Shown piece by piece: positions 35,752-46,742 of a stretch of 64,000 nt of DNA. This stretch comes from Duncaniella sp. (GTDB lineage: Bacteria; Bacteroidota; Bacteroidia; Bacteroidales; Muribaculaceae). Position numbers and translations under genes: made by a program. Positions within the stretch are counted from its first letter, which is position 1; each line of letters starts with the position of its first letter. Location: the NCBI GenBank assembly GCA_029060405.1, contig JAIDUB010000070.1, forward strand, positions 15,372 through 79,371. The letters run 5' to 3'. A model generated the notes under the pieces. It was given only the letters and a program-made list of their open reading frames with translations. It ran no database searches and had not been told where the DNA came from.

Positions 35752-36435
35752 ATGGCAAATCACAAGCCCCAAGACGAGACCCGCACATCAATCGACGAGG
35801 TCAACGACACCCTCACCGGTATCGGTGAAAAAGTACAGAACAATCCCAAGATCATCCTCTGGTCATGCGTTGGCGTAGCCGCTATTGTGGCCGTGATTCT
35901 GATCTATGTCTACGCATTCCGTCAGCCCGCCAAAGAAGCTGCGTCCAAAGCACTCGGCGAAGCCGATATCGAGCTCCTTATGGGCAATGACTCCACCGCT
36001 CTTGCAAAATATCAGGAAGTAGCCGCCAACCACTCTTTTGAAAGCGGCAACCTTGCCAACCTCAATGCTGCCATCCTTCTTTACAAGAAAGGCGAATATG
36101 AGCAGGCTATCAAATACCTCGATGACTACAAGCCCACCGAAAGCATCATCGGAGCATCATCGCGCTCGCTCATGGGCGATTGCTACGTTAATCTCGAGCA
36201 GTATGAAAAGGCACTCGATTGCTTCAAGAAAGCCGTTAAGATTTCCGACAACAATCCTCACTACACTCCCGCTTTCATGATCAAGGAAGCCACCGTATAC
36301 CGTCATCTCAAAAACTACAAGGCCGAGGCTGAAGTATATTCCGAAATCCTTAAGAAATATCCTCAGTACGGTCAGGAAAACGGTATCGATATCAAGAAAT
36401 ATCTCAAGCGCGCCGAAGCAAGCGTGGCCGAATAA
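35752..36435 (+). CDS. tetratricopeptide repeat protein with N-terminal TM (YfgM-like)
   Basis: Single TM, then TPRs (GNLANLNAAILLYKKGEYEQAIKYL; MGDCYVNLEQYEKAL). Confidence 0.85.
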   Translation: MANHKPQDETRTSIDEVNDTLTGIGEKVQNNPKIILWSCVGVAAIVAVILIYVYAFRQPAKEAASKALGEADIELLMGNDSTALAKYQEVAANHSFESGNLANLNAAILLYKKGEYEQAIKYLDDYKPTESIIGASSRSLMGDCYVNLEQYEKALDCFKKAVKISDNNPHYTPAFMIKEATVYRHLKNYKAEAEVYSEILKKYPQYGQENGIDIKKYLKRAEASVAE

Positions 36436-36465
36436 ACCGACAATTCCATTAATTTCTTCCATAAT

Positions 36466-36498
36466 GCGCCGATGCCCAAGGGTATCGGCGTCTTTGTT
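36466..36498 (+). terminator. intrinsic terminator
   Basis: GCGCCGATGCCC-AA-GGGTATCGGCGT stem followed by CTTTGTT. Confidence 0.7.
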
Positions 36499-36653
36499 TA
36501 TGTAGCGGGAGGGACTTTTACGGTTTGAGTTTTCAAAAATTTACAATCGCAAATTATACTGCCGGCGCACTAAATGGCTTTACGATATATTGTGGTCGGT
36601 TGTAGATAAAAAATTAACAAAAAGAGATATATAGGGAGTTTTAATTTGCAAAT

Positions 36654-36661
36654 TATTTTTG
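36654..36661 (+). promoter_or_regulatory. -7 element for the dcw operon
   Basis: TATTTTTG, 34 nt upstream of the rsmH GTG. Confidence 0.5.
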
Positions 36662-36695
36662 TAACTTTACAGCCTGAAACCCAACACACCAATCC

Positions 36696-37622
36696 GTGAC
36701 CGATCAACCTTATCACATTCCAGCTCTGCTCGGCGCTTCGATCGAAGCCCTCGACATACATCCGGGAGGTACCTACGTAGACGTTACCTACGGCGGCGGC
36801 GGACATTCGCGTGCCATCATGGAGCGGCTCGATGCCTCGCTCGGCGGTCATCTCTACAGCTTCGATCAGGACCGCGACGCAGTGGAGCGGGCCATGACCG
36901 ACGAGCGGTTTACCATCGTATATTCCAATTTCAGGTACATCTCCAATTTTCTCCGCTTCTACGGAGTGGACTCTGTTGACGGTGTGCTGGCCGACCTCGG
37001 AGTGTCGTTTCATCACTTCGATACCCCCGAGCGAGGATTCTCCTTCCGTGCCGACGGCCCTCTTGACATGCGCATGAACCGCAATGCCGGCATGAGCGCC
37101 GCCCGTTTTCTGGAGGAGGCCGACGAAGAACGTATAGCCGACGTGATGTATCTCTACGGCGAGTTGCGGCAGTCGCGTGCCATTGCCCGTGCCATTGCGG
37201 CCGCCCGCCGGCAGGCTCCGGTCGATACCGTAGGTCGGCTGCTTGAGATCATCGCTCCGGTGATAGATCCCCGAAAGGAGAAAAAAGAACTCGCCCAGAT
37301 ATTTCAGGCCCTGCGCATCGAGGTCAACGATGAGATGGCCGCACTTCGCGAGATGCTCCAAGGAGCATGCGACGCCCTGCGCCCCGGCGGCCGTCTGGCT
37401 GTGATAACCTATCACTCCCTCGAGGACCGCATAGTGAAAAATTTCATGAAAACCGGAAATTTCGAAGGCCGTCAGGTCAAGGATTTCTATGGCAGAGTGG
37501 AAGCACCGATGAAAATGCTAAGCTCACGGCCTATAGTGCCCGACGATGACGAGATAGCCCGAAACCCGCGCTCCCGCTCAGCCAAGCTCCGCGTGGCGGT
37601 GAAATTAGATAAAGAAAAGTAA
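36696..37622 (+). CDS. rsmH: 16S rRNA m4C1402 methyltransferase
   Basis: YHIP.L, DVTYGGGGHS, ADLGVSFHHFD..ERGFSF, FQALRIEVN, ITYHSLEDR, NPRSRSAKLR. Confidence 0.97.
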   Translation: MTDQPYHIPALLGASIEALDIHPGGTYVDVTYGGGGHSRAIMERLDASLGGHLYSFDQDRDAVERAMTDERFTIVYSNFRYISNFLRFYGVDSVDGVLADLGVSFHHFDTPERGFSFRADGPLDMRMNRNAGMSAARFLEEADEERIADVMYLYGELRQSRAIARAIAAARRQAPVDTVGRLLEIIAPVIDPRKEKKELAQIFQALRIEVNDEMAALREMLQGACDALRPGGRLAVITYHSLEDRIVKNFMKTGNFEGRQVKDFYGRVEAPMKMLSSRPIVPDDDEIARNPRSRSAKLRVAVKLDKEK

Positions 37623-37668
37623 AGATACCCCGTAATCGCTATATCAACCCCCAATTCTCAATTTTTAA

Positions 37669-37724
37669 AATCATGAATCATGAATCATAAATCATGAATC
37701 ATGAATCATGAATCATAAATCATT
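37669..37724. repeat. tandem heptamer repeat (AATCATD) x8
   Basis: AATCATG x2, AATCATA, AATCATG x3, AATCATA, AATCATT. Confidence 0.95.
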
Positions 37725-37752
37725 AAACCCCTCCCCCACCCTCCTCATCAAA

Positions 37753-38118
37753 ATGGCAAAAACTAACAACGGCACCACCACCTCACCCGACCGCAAGAAC
37801 CGCGGCTCGTTTATAGGGCGCCTTTTCCGCGGCCAGCTGCTGTCGAGCGACTTTTTCGCCCGCAACTGGCTCGCCGTGCTCATCACCATCGTGGTGCTAC
37901 TGCTGTACATTACCAATAAATACACCTCCCTTACCAATCTTGAAAAAATCGACGCTCTTCAGAGCCGTCTTGAGATAATACGCAACGAAAAAGCCCACGA
38001 GCGCAGCCGCTTCATGGGACGCATACGCGAGACCTCGATGCAGCAGGTCGTTGACTCCCTCCATCTCAACCTGAAAGTACAGACACAGCCACCCTATAGA
38101 ATACCCGCCGAAAAATGA
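37753..38118 (+). CDS. ftsL: FtsL-like cell division protein
   Basis: Single TM followed by a coiled coil; lies between rsmH and the PBP gene; likely start MAKTN at 37753 (an in-frame ATG at 37708 lies inside the repeat). Confidence 0.75.
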   Translation: MAKTNNGTTTSPDRKNRGSFIGRLFRGQLLSSDFFARNWLAVLITIVVLLLYITNKYTSLTNLEKIDALQSRLEIIRNEKAHERSRFMGRIRETSMQQVVDSLHLNLKVQTQPPYRIPAEK

Positions 38119-40199
38119 AGAAAGACAACCGCACAAACATACTCTTCCGCTATGGCGTGATCGTGGCTGCGATCCTCGTGCTATCGGCCATGATAGTGTG
38201 GAAACTCGTCGACACCACCGTGGTCAATGCCGAGAAGTGGAATGAAAAAGCCAATGCCGAACTTCAGCGCATCGACACCATCCTGCCCCCGCGCGGCAAC
38301 ATCCTCGCCAGCGACGGCAGCATCCTCGCCACCAACCTGCGGTTCTATACGGTAAGAATCGACTTCCGCGCCGAGAAATTCAACGAGCAGCGCTACCGTG
38401 CCGCCGTCGACACCATCGCCGACTCGATGGCATATTATTTCCCCCGAAAGACACGCGACGAGTGGTACCGTCATCTCGTGGCTCCTCTTGCCAAGCCCGA
38501 CAGTCTGCGTCCGCGAGCCTACCGCCTTATATCCCGCATCACCAATACCGACGTGCAGCGCCTGCGCACCCTGCCGTTTTTCAAGATACGCAACCGTAAC
38601 CGCAACGGTTTCATTACCGAAAGCTACCTCAAGCGCTACAATCCTTACGGCGACATGGCGCGCCGAAGCATAGGCGGCGTGGGTGAAAGTAAGGTGTCCC
38701 GCCAGATTCACGGTATCTCAGGCCTTGAAAAAGCGCTCGATACATTGCTCTACGGCAAAGAAGGTTACGGCAAGATGGTAAACCTTACCCGCAAGATCGC
38801 CTCCCGCACCGACATAGATCCCATACCCGGCTGCGACATCGTCACCACAATCGACATCGCCATGCAGGATATCGTGGAGAACGAGCTCAACAATGTGCTC
38901 GATACCGTGCAGGCCGACTGGGGTGTGGCCGTGCTCATGGAAGTGGCCACCGGTGATATCAAGGCGATATCCAATCTTGAGCGTAACCCCTACGGCCCGG
39001 GCTATGTGGAGGCACTCAACCGCGCCGTGATGGGCTATGAGCCCGGATCGGTGGTAAAGACCCTGTCAATGATGATAGCCGTGGAAGACGGCATAGTGAA
39101 AAATCTCAACGAGGAACTTCCCACCGGCAACGGCTGGGCCTATGCAGGTGGACGGCCTATCACCGACGCTCACTATACATCGTCGATTAAAGTGGGCGAC
39201 GTGCTCGAGCAGTCATCCAACATAGGAATGGCGCGAATCATCACCCGCCGCTACGACAGCATTCCCGGAGCATTTTACTCCCGCGTGAAAGCCACGGGCT
39301 TTCTCGATCCCATGAATACCGGTATTGCAGGCGAGACCCGTCCGCGCTTTGACAGTATCCACAACGACCGCGGCGGCCGTATCGCACTCTCGCGCATGAG
39401 CTACGGATATGCCACCGAGATTCCGCCGCTCTACACCCTCGCGCTCTACAATGCCATTGCCAACGACGGCGGATTCGTCCGTCCCCGTCTGGTCAAGGAG
39501 ATAAGGGGCGGAGGTAAAGACCGCTTGCTGCCAGTCGACAGCATGGGCACAGGCCGCGCATGCTCCCCCGCCACCGCCGCCATATTGCGGCAGATGCTTA
39601 CAAATGTGGTGTGGGGCGAGCACGGAACCGGTAAGTTCCTGCGCAACGATCTGGTGCGCATCGCCGGCAAGACCGGTACATGCTACATGATCGAGAACGG
39701 CTCTTACAATACATCCAAGAAGCGACTCGCATTCTGCGGCTTCTTCCCTGCCGAGAATCCGAAATATTCATGCGTGGTGCTGACGTGCTATCCCAAGCGC
39801 AAGTATGTGGGCGCCGCCACCACATCGGGGCAGGTGGTGAAGAATATCGCCATGAAGCTCTATTCGCGCGGCATGCTCGGCGGCAGTCCCGACTATACCG
39901 CCGGCATCACCTCGCCTGCGGGCGCCACTTTCTTCGCCTCGGCCGTCAAGGGCATAAATCCCGGGCTCAAGACCTCACTCGCCATGCCGGCCGGACGCCG
40001 TGAACTTAAAGCCCCCGTGCAGCGCCACGGCGGTGTGCCCGACGTGCGCGGCTACGGCATACGCGACGCCATTGTGGCTCTTGAGAAGGCGGGGTATGAG
40101 GTCACATTCAATGGCAGCGGGTATGTGGCATCCCAGTCGCCCGCGGCCGGCCACGACTCTCCCCGCGGCACGGTGGTGAATCTTTCGCTCAAGCACTGA
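38115..40199 (+). CDS. ftsI: penicillin-binding transpeptidase with PASTA domain
   Basis: RGNILASDG, EPGSVVK (SxxK), SSNIG (SxN), AGKTGT (KTG), C-terminal PASTA. Confidence 0.93.
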   Translation: MKKDNRTNILFRYGVIVAAILVLSAMIVWKLVDTTVVNAEKWNEKANAELQRIDTILPPRGNILASDGSILATNLRFYTVRIDFRAEKFNEQRYRAAVDTIADSMAYYFPRKTRDEWYRHLVAPLAKPDSLRPRAYRLISRITNTDVQRLRTLPFFKIRNRNRNGFITESYLKRYNPYGDMARRSIGGVGESKVSRQIHGISGLEKALDTLLYGKEGYGKMVNLTRKIASRTDIDPIPGCDIVTTIDIAMQDIVENELNNVLDTVQADWGVAVLMEVATGDIKAISNLERNPYGPGYVEALNRAVMGYEPGSVVKTLSMMIAVEDGIVKNLNEELPTGNGWAYAGGRPITDAHYTSSIKVGDVLEQSSNIGMARIITRRYDSIPGAFYSRVKATGFLDPMNTGIAGETRPRFDSIHNDRGGRIALSRMSYGYATEIPPLYTLALYNAIANDGGFVRPRLVKEIRGGGKDRLLPVDSMGTGRACSPATAAILRQMLTNVVWGEHGTGKFLRNDLVRIAGKTGTCYMIENGSYNTSKKRLAFCGFFPAENPKYSCVVLTCYPKRKYVGAATTSGQVVKNIAMKLYSRGMLGGSPDYTAGITSPAGATFFASAVKGINPGLKTSLAMPAGRRELKAPVQRHGGVPDVRGYGIRDAIVALEKAGYEVTFNGSGYVASQSPAAGHDSPRGTVVNLSLKH

Positions 40200-40235
40200 A
40201 TAATAATATAGCAATCCATATAAACCAAGATACAG

Positions 40236-41720
40236 ATGAAAAAGCTAAGCGACCTTCTTTCGGCAATCGAGATACAACGCACCATAGGTGATTCCGCGGC
40301 TCCGGTGGAAATCACGGCCGTTACTGCCGACTCGCGTCAGGTGGTGCCGGGAGCGCTTTTCGTGGCTGTGCGCGGCACGAGTGTCGACGGTCATCAGTTC
40401 ATACCCCGCGCCGCCGAGCTGGGTGCGGCAGTGATAGTGTGTGAGGAGCTCCCTCCCATCATCGAGACTCAGGTGATTTATGTGGAAGTTCCGTCGTCGG
40501 CTGTGGCTCTCGGACAGATAGCGTCGGCTTGGTGGGACAATCCGTCGTCGAAACTGCGTCTGGTAGGTGTCACCGGTACCAACGGCAAGACCACCACCGC
40601 CACCCTCATATATGAGATGGCCCGTCTGCTGGGTCACAAGGCCGGACTGCTCTCCACCGTAGCCAACTATGTCGACGACGAGCGTATACCCGCCACCCAC
40701 ACCACCCCTGACCCGCTCTCGCTCAACGAGCTCCTTCATCGCATGGTCGAGGCCGGCTGTACCTACGCCGCCATGGAGGTAAGCTCCCACGCCGCACATC
40801 AGCATCGCATTTCAGGTCTGACATTTGCCGGAGGAGTGTTCACCAATCTCACCCGCGACCATCTTGATTACCACAAGACAGTCGAAGCGTATCTCAAGGC
40901 CAAGAAATCATTCTTTGACCGCCTGCCCTCCGCGGCGTTCGCCCTTACTAACGCCGACGATAAGAACGGCGCCGTAATGCTGCAGAATACCCGCGCATCG
41001 CGCTACACCTATTCACTCCAGAGCCCCGATGCCGACTTCCGCGGACGCATCATCGAGAGCCGTCTCGACGGCACGCTTGCGTCGTTCAACGGCACCGAAG
41101 TCGAGCTCCTGTTTACCGGTCGCTTCAACATCTACAATCTCACTGCGGTATATGGCGCGTCGATACTTCTGGGCTGGGACCGCGATGACGTGTTGCGCTG
41201 CATGAGCCGTCTTGTGCCTGTGGCCGGCCGCTTTCAGGCATTCCATTCCCCCAAAGGCTACACCGCAATAGTCGACTATGCCCATACCCCCGATGCTGTT
41301 GTCAATGTGATTCAGGCCATACGCGAGGTGGTGGGCGCAACGGGCCGCATCATCACCGTGGTGGGAGCCGGAGGCAACCGTGACCACGGCAAGCGTCCCA
41401 TTATGGCGCGTGAAGCCGCTTTGCGCTCCGAGCAGCTCATACTTACAAGCGACAACCCCCGAGACGAGAATCCTCAGGATATAATCGACCAGATGGCCGA
41501 GGGACTCGACTCCGAACAGGCCGCACGCACCCTTCAGATACCTGACCGCCGTCAGGCCATACTTACCGCCACCATGCTCGCCACTCCCGGAAGTGTGGTG
41601 CTCATAGCCGGAAAAGGCCATGAGGACTATCAGGAAATAGCCGGAGTGAAGCATCACTTCGACGACCGAGAGGAAATACGCAATATAATATCACGTGAAA
41701 AAGAAACACTGAGCAAATGA
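40236..41720 (+). CDS. murE: UDP-MurNAc-tripeptide synthetase
   Basis: [54 protein letters not shown]. Confidence 0.97.
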   Translation: MKKLSDLLSAIEIQRTIGDSAAPVEITAVTADSRQVVPGALFVAVRGTSVDGHQFIPRAAELGAAVIVCEELPPIIETQVIYVEVPSSAVALGQIASAWWDNPSSKLRLVGVTGTNGKTTTATLIYEMARLLGHKAGLLSTVANYVDDERIPATHTTPDPLSLNELLHRMVEAGCTYAAMEVSSHAAHQHRISGLTFAGGVFTNLTRDHLDYHKTVEAYLKAKKSFFDRLPSAAFALTNADDKNGAVMLQNTRASRYTYSLQSPDADFRGRIIESRLDGTLASFNGTEVELLFTGRFNIYNLTAVYGASILLGWDRDDVLRCMSRLVPVAGRFQAFHSPKGYTAIVDYAHTPDAVVNVIQAIREVVGATGRIITVVGAGGNRDHGKRPIMAREAALRSEQLILTSDNPRDENPQDIIDQMAEGLDSEQAARTLQIPDRRQAILTATMLATPGSVVLIAGKGHEDYQEIAGVKHHFDDREEIRNIISREKETLSK

Positions 41721-42970
41721 TTTATTATCTCTTTGACTTGCTGAGCGATTACGACCTGCCCGGCGGACGACTGATGACTTACCTGACTTTCCGGTCGGGC
41801 TGCGCATTCGTGCTTTCACTTCTCATAGCCCTCTTTATCGGGCGCAAGATCATAAACCGTCTGCAACTCATGCAGGTGGGCGAGATCATACGCGATCTCG
41901 GTCTTGAGGGACAGATGAGAAAGACAGGTACCCCCACCATGGGCGGTATCATCATAATCCTCTCCATCCTCGTGCCATGCCTGCTGGTGGGCAATTTGGG
42001 CAACATCTACATGATCCTCATGATAGTGTCGACCGTGTGGCTGGGCATGATAGGTTTCCTCGACGATTATATCAAGGTAGCCAAGCACGACAAGGAGGGA
42101 ATGAACGGCAAGTTCAAGATTATAGGTCAGGTAGGACTGGGTCTTATAGTGGGTGCCACCATGTATCTGAGCCCCGACATCACCATTCGCGAGAATGTGG
42201 AGGAAGTTTCCGATACCGACGGTCAGGTCACGGTCACCTATACACCCGAGGATATCAAGTCGACGCAGACCACCATACCGTTTGTGAAAAACAATAACTT
42301 CGACTATGCGTGGCTCACCGGCTGGATGGGCAAGTACAGTCAGCAGGGAGGATGGGCGCTTTTCATCCTCGTGGTGATTCTTGCCGTGGCCGCCACAAGC
42401 AACGGAGCCAACCTCACCGACGGTCTCGACGGCCTCTGTGCCGGTACATCGGCCATAATCTGCTGTGCGCTGGCGATAATGGCTTATCTGGGGGGTAATA
42501 TCATCTACTCCCACTATCTGAATATCATGTATATACCCGGTTCGGGAGAGCTTGTGGTGTATATGTCGGCCATGATAGGCGCCCTGATAGGATTCCTGTG
42601 GTACAACGCTTTCCCGGCACAGGTATTCATGGGCGACACCGGTTCGCTGACTCTCGGCGGCATCATAGCCGTATTCGCCATACTTATCCACAAGGAATTG
42701 CTTATACCCCTGCTCTGTGCCATATTCTTCGTTGAAGACCTCTCGGTGATGATGCAGGTGGGATATTTCAAGTATACTAAAAAGCGCCATGGCGAGGGCC
42801 GCAGGATATTCAAGATGACACCCCTCCATCACCACTTCCAGAAAGAGGGTATACCGGCGCTTGTAACCCGGCCGCTGCGTGCCATCGCCGAACCCAAGAT
42901 CGTGACACGATTCTGGATCATAGGCATACTGCTGGCCGTAATAACATTTGTAACACTGAAAATCCGATAA
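41717..42970 (+). CDS. mraY: phospho-MurNAc-pentapeptide transferase
   Basis: [42 protein letters not shown]. Confidence 0.97.
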   Translation: MIYYLFDLLSDYDLPGGRLMTYLTFRSGCAFVLSLLIALFIGRKIINRLQLMQVGEIIRDLGLEGQMRKTGTPTMGGIIIILSILVPCLLVGNLGNIYMILMIVSTVWLGMIGFLDDYIKVAKHDKEGMNGKFKIIGQVGLGLIVGATMYLSPDITIRENVEEVSDTDGQVTVTYTPEDIKSTQTTIPFVKNNNFDYAWLTGWMGKYSQQGGWALFILVVILAVAATSNGANLTDGLDGLCAGTSAIICCALAIMAYLGGNIIYSHYLNIMYIPGSGELVVYMSAMIGALIGFLWYNAFPAQVFMGDTGSLTLGGIIAVFAILIHKELLIPLLCAIFFVEDLSVMMQVGYFKYTKKRHGEGRRIFKMTPLHHHFQKEGIPALVTRPLRAIAEPKIVTRFWIIGILLAVITFVTLKIR

Positions 42971-42974
42971 CGAA

Positions 42975-44345
42975 ATGAATACCGACAATAAAGAAAAGAA
43001 ACGTCTCGTAGTGCTCGGCGGAGGTGAAAGCGGCGTGGGAGCCGCCATCCTCGGCAAGACCCGCGGCATGGACGTGTTTCTGAGCGACTACGGTACCGTC
43101 GCACCCCGATATGCCCGGATGCTCGATGCCGAAGGCATAGAGTGGGAACAGGGCGGCCACACGATGGCGCGCATTCTGAGCGCCGACGAAGTGGTCAAGA
43201 GCCCCGGAATAGCTCCCACGACTCCCGTGATGAAGGCTATAACCGAGGCGGGTATACCCGTGATTTCGGAAATAGAGTTGGCCGGCCGCTACACCGATGC
43301 CAAGATGGTGTGCATCACCGGCTCCAACGGCAAGACCACCACTACCCTGCTCACCTACCATATACTCCGCAATGCCGGTATCAACGTGGGGCTGGCCGGC
43401 AACGTGGGTCGCAGCATGGCTCTGCAGGTTGCCCGTGAGAAGCATGATGTATACGTGATCGAGCTCTCTAGTTTCCAGCTCGAGAATATGTATGACTTCA
43501 AGGCCAACATCGCCGTGATACTCAACATCACCCCCGACCATCTCGACCGATATGACTATGAGATGCAGAACTATGTCAACGCCAAGTTCCGTATCCTCAA
43601 CAACATGACCGCCACCGATGCGTTTATCTACTGGAAAGATGATCCCGTAATCACCGCCCAGCTTGAGCGCATCTCGGTCGAGGCGCGCCTCATGCCATTT
43701 GCCGAGCATCATGAGGAAGGTACATGCGCGTGGGTGGATGAAAACGAGGATGTGGTGTTTGATACTCCCGTAGAGTCGATGCGCATGCCGCGTGCCGACC
43801 TTTCGCTGAGCGGACTGCACAATCTGTATAATTCCATGGCCGCAGGCCTGTCGGCTTGTCTGCTTGACATAGACAAGGACGAGATACGACGCTCGCTGGC
43901 CGATTTCGAAGGCGTGGAGCACAGGCTCGAATATGTCGCCACCGTAGGCGGGGCTCGCTATATCAACGACTCCAAGGCTACCAACGTCAATTCGTGCTGG
44001 TATGCCCTCGAGACGGTTCCCGCCGGAACGGTGCTCATACTCGGCGGCAAGGACAAGGGCAACGACTACACTGAGATAGAGCCGCTTGTGAAGGAAAAAG
44101 TCAAAGCGATCGTGTGCATGGGCAAGGACAATACCAAGCTGCTCGACTTCTTCACAGGCAAGGTACCCGAGATACGCGACACCCATTCGCTCGACGAAGC
44201 CGTGGCCGCATGCCGCGAGATAGCGGGCGAAGGCGATACCGTGTTACTCTCGCCCTGCTGCGCGAGTTTCGACCTGTTCACTTCCTACGAAGACCGCGGT
44301 CGCCGTTTCAAGGACGCCGTGAAATCACTTCTCAAGACTAACTGA
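42975..44345 (+). CDS. murD: UDP-MurNAc-L-Ala:D-Glu ligase
   Basis: LGGGESG, ITGSNGKTTT, ELSSFQL, NITPDHLDRY, HRLE, NDSKATN, SPCCASFD. Confidence 0.97.
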   Translation: MNTDNKEKKRLVVLGGGESGVGAAILGKTRGMDVFLSDYGTVAPRYARMLDAEGIEWEQGGHTMARILSADEVVKSPGIAPTTPVMKAITEAGIPVISEIELAGRYTDAKMVCITGSNGKTTTTLLTYHILRNAGINVGLAGNVGRSMALQVAREKHDVYVIELSSFQLENMYDFKANIAVILNITPDHLDRYDYEMQNYVNAKFRILNNMTATDAFIYWKDDPVITAQLERISVEARLMPFAEHHEEGTCAWVDENEDVVFDTPVESMRMPRADLSLSGLHNLYNSMAAGLSACLLDIDKDEIRRSLADFEGVEHRLEYVATVGGARYINDSKATNVNSCWYALETVPAGTVLILGGKDKGNDYTEIEPLVKEKVKAIVCMGKDNTKLLDFFTGKVPEIRDTHSLDEAVAACREIAGEGDTVLLSPCCASFDLFTSYEDRGRRFKDAVKSLLKTN

Positions 44346-44357
44346 TAAGTAAATAGA

Positions 44358-45629
44358 ATGGAACCTGCAATCTCCTCCCCCAACCCCGCCGAAGAACTTG
44401 CCGTCTCGGCCAAGCCGCGTGCCGTGGCCTCGGCCGACAAGCATATATGGGGCATATTCATAGCACTCTGCCTTATTTCCGTAATCGAGCTTTACAGCGC
44501 ATCGTCGCGCGAGGTAGGCAGCTCGGCTTTCGGAGTCATGGGCCCTATCGTGCGCCACATCGTCATGCTTGCCGGCGGCTTCGGAATAGTGTGGTTTATC
44601 TCCCGCCGCCATTACAGTTCGCTCATACCGTTTACCATAATTTTCGCCTTTATTTCAGTAGGCATGATGGTGTGGGTGATGTTTTTCGGCGATTTCGTCA
44701 ACGGTGCCCGCCGCTCGCTCACAATCCTCGGCATAGGTATCTATCCGGCCGAGATGGTTAAGATTTCGGCTGTGCTGCTCGTGGCACTCGTGATGACGTG
44801 GAATCAGAATCCCAAGCAGATCGGTATCACCACCCGAGGCGTGGAAATCGCTGCCGGCATAGTGCTTCTGCTTTGCTTCGTTCTTGTCAAGCAGGGACTT
44901 ACCAACACCCTGCTGCTGCTTGCCATCAGCTACTCCATGATGATAGTGAGCGGCGTGAAATTCAAGCATCTGATTATCGTTACCATGGCCTATGCGCTGT
45001 GCGGTCTGGTGTTTGTCTTATTTATAAAAGACAGCAACGGCGAAAACCGCTATGACACGTGGTTGGCGCGCATCGAGCGTCACAGCGAAGGCAACGTGCC
45101 GAAATATGACATGCCTGTCGACGGCAAGAACCGTCAGGAAATGTATTCCTACATGGCTCAGGCCAACGGCGGTATCTACGGCAAAGGCCCCGGAAACTCC
45201 CGCGAGGCTTCGCGCCTGCCGCTGGCGTTTTCCGATTATATCTACGCCATAGTCGTGGAGGAGACCGGACTTGTAGGCGGTGTGGTGGTGCTCGTGCTCT
45301 ACCTGTGGCTGCTCGGAAGAGCGGCGGGTATCGCCTCGCGCTGCAACCGCACCTATCCCGCCCTGCTCGTCACGGGTATGGCCGTCATGATAGCCTTTCA
45401 GGCACTTTTCCACATGGGCATCGTGACGGGAGTGTTCCCTGTATCGGGACAACCGCTGCCGCTCATCTCCAAGGGCGGAACGTCGATACTCGTAACCGCT
45501 ATAGCCTTCGGAATCATGCTGAGCGTGAGCCGCACGGCGACCCGTCAGGGCAACAAAACCCGTGAAATCAAGGAGGAAGGCGAAGCCCTTCCCGAAAATT
45601 TCGACGGAAAGAACCCCATGCAATTATAA
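44358..45629 (+). CDS. ftsW: SEDS family peptidoglycan polymerase
   Basis: Multi-TM; NGARR, PAEMVK, GKGPGNS, DYIYAIV.EE.G, PVSGQPLPLISKGGTS. Confidence 0.93.
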   Translation: MEPAISSPNPAEELAVSAKPRAVASADKHIWGIFIALCLISVIELYSASSREVGSSAFGVMGPIVRHIVMLAGGFGIVWFISRRHYSSLIPFTIIFAFISVGMMVWVMFFGDFVNGARRSLTILGIGIYPAEMVKISAVLLVALVMTWNQNPKQIGITTRGVEIAAGIVLLLCFVLVKQGLTNTLLLLAISYSMMIVSGVKFKHLIIVTMAYALCGLVFVLFIKDSNGENRYDTWLARIERHSEGNVPKYDMPVDGKNRQEMYSYMAQANGGIYGKGPGNSREASRLPLAFSDYIYAIVVEETGLVGGVVVLVLYLWLLGRAAGIASRCNRTYPALLVTGMAVMIAFQALFHMGIVTGVFPVSGQPLPLISKGGTSILVTAIAFGIMLSVSRTATRQGNKTREIKEEGEALPENFDGKNPMQL

Positions 45630-45641
45630 TCTCACACCGTT

Positions 45642-46742
45642 ATGAGCTACAATATACTGATAAGCGGCGGAGGCACAGGCGGTCACATATTTCCCGCCCT
45701 GTCGATAGCCAACGCACTGCGTCGGGTGATGCCCGATGTCAATATACTTTTCGTAGGCGCCGAAAACCGCATGGAGATGGAGCGGGTACCCGCGGCGGGC
45801 TACGATATAGTGGGCCTGCCCGTGGCCGGATTTGACCGCAAGAAACTGTGGCGTAACATACCGGTGCTGTGGAAACTCGCCAAGAGCCTCATAAAGGCCC
45901 GCAGAATCGTGAGCGATTTCCGCCCCGACATGGCAATAGGTGTGGGTGGCTACGCATCGGGCCCTATACTGAAAGAAGCGCAGCGCCGCGGTGTCCCCAC
46001 GCTCATTCAGGAGCAGAACTCCTATGCAGGTGTTACCAATAAGCTCCTCGCAGCCGGTGCCACCCGTATATGTGTGGCCTACGACGGCATGGACCGCTTC
46101 TTCCCTGCCGCCAAAATAGAGATTACCGGCAATCCGGTGCGGAAAGTGCTTGAGGAAAACACAATGGAGCGCGCCGAGGCCAAGAAAGCGCTCGGATTCG
46201 ACCCCTCGAAGCCGCTGCTGTTTGTCACAGGAGGCAGTCTGGGTGCCCGCACCGTCAACGAAGCTGTAGCTGCCGCCCTACCCTCGCTTCGCGAAAATGA
46301 TATACAGCTTCTGTGGCAGACAGGCCGATACGGAGCCGATCATTTTCAGAAAATGGCCGCCGCATATGCCCCTGATGTAAAGGCAACTACATTTGTCGAC
46401 GATATGGCTTTGGCCTACCGTGCCGCCGACCTCGTGGTGGCACGTGCCGGCGCATGCACCATATCGGAGATACAGAATCTCGGCATACCCGCCGTGCTCA
46501 TTCCCTCGCCCAACGTGGCTGAGGATCACCAGCGGCACAATGCCGAGGCCCTTGCGAGCCGCGATGCCGCCGAGATGATTCTCGACGCCGAAGCCGTAGA
46601 GCGTCTGGGTGAAACCGTAACGGCGCTGATGGCTGACCCTGAGCGTCGTGAAAGCATGGGGCGTAATGCCGCCTCGATGGCTCACCGCGGAGCCGACGAC
46701 CGCATAGCTCATATCATAACCGAAATACTCAAGAAACCATGA
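45642..46742 (+). CDS. murG: undecaprenyl-PP-MurNAc-pentapeptide GlcNAc transferase
   Basis: SGGGTGGHIFPA, GGYASGP, EQNSYAG, GNPVR, GGSLGA, RAGA, EDHQ..NA. Confidence 0.97.
   Translation: MSYNILISGGGTGGHIFPALSIANALRRVMPDVNILFVGAENRMEMERVPAAGYDIVGLPVAGFDRKKLWRNIPVLWKLAKSLIKARRIVSDFRPDMAIGVGGYASGPILKEAQRRGVPTLIQEQNSYAGVTNKLLAAGATRICVAYDGMDRFFPAAKIEITGNPVRKVLEENTMERAEAKKALGFDPSKPLLFVTGGSLGARTVNEAVAAALPSLRENDIQLLWQTGRYGADHFQKMAAAYAPDVKATTFVDDMALAYRAADLVVARAGACTISEIQNLGIPAVLIPSPNVAEDHQRHNAEALASRDAAEMILDAEAVERLGETVTALMADPERRESMGRNAASMAHRGADDRIAHIITEILKKP

Noticed and set aside
3176-37724. CRISPR array
   Set aside because: The repeats seen are short tandem heptamers or single duplications, with no repeat-spacer periodicity and no cas genes.
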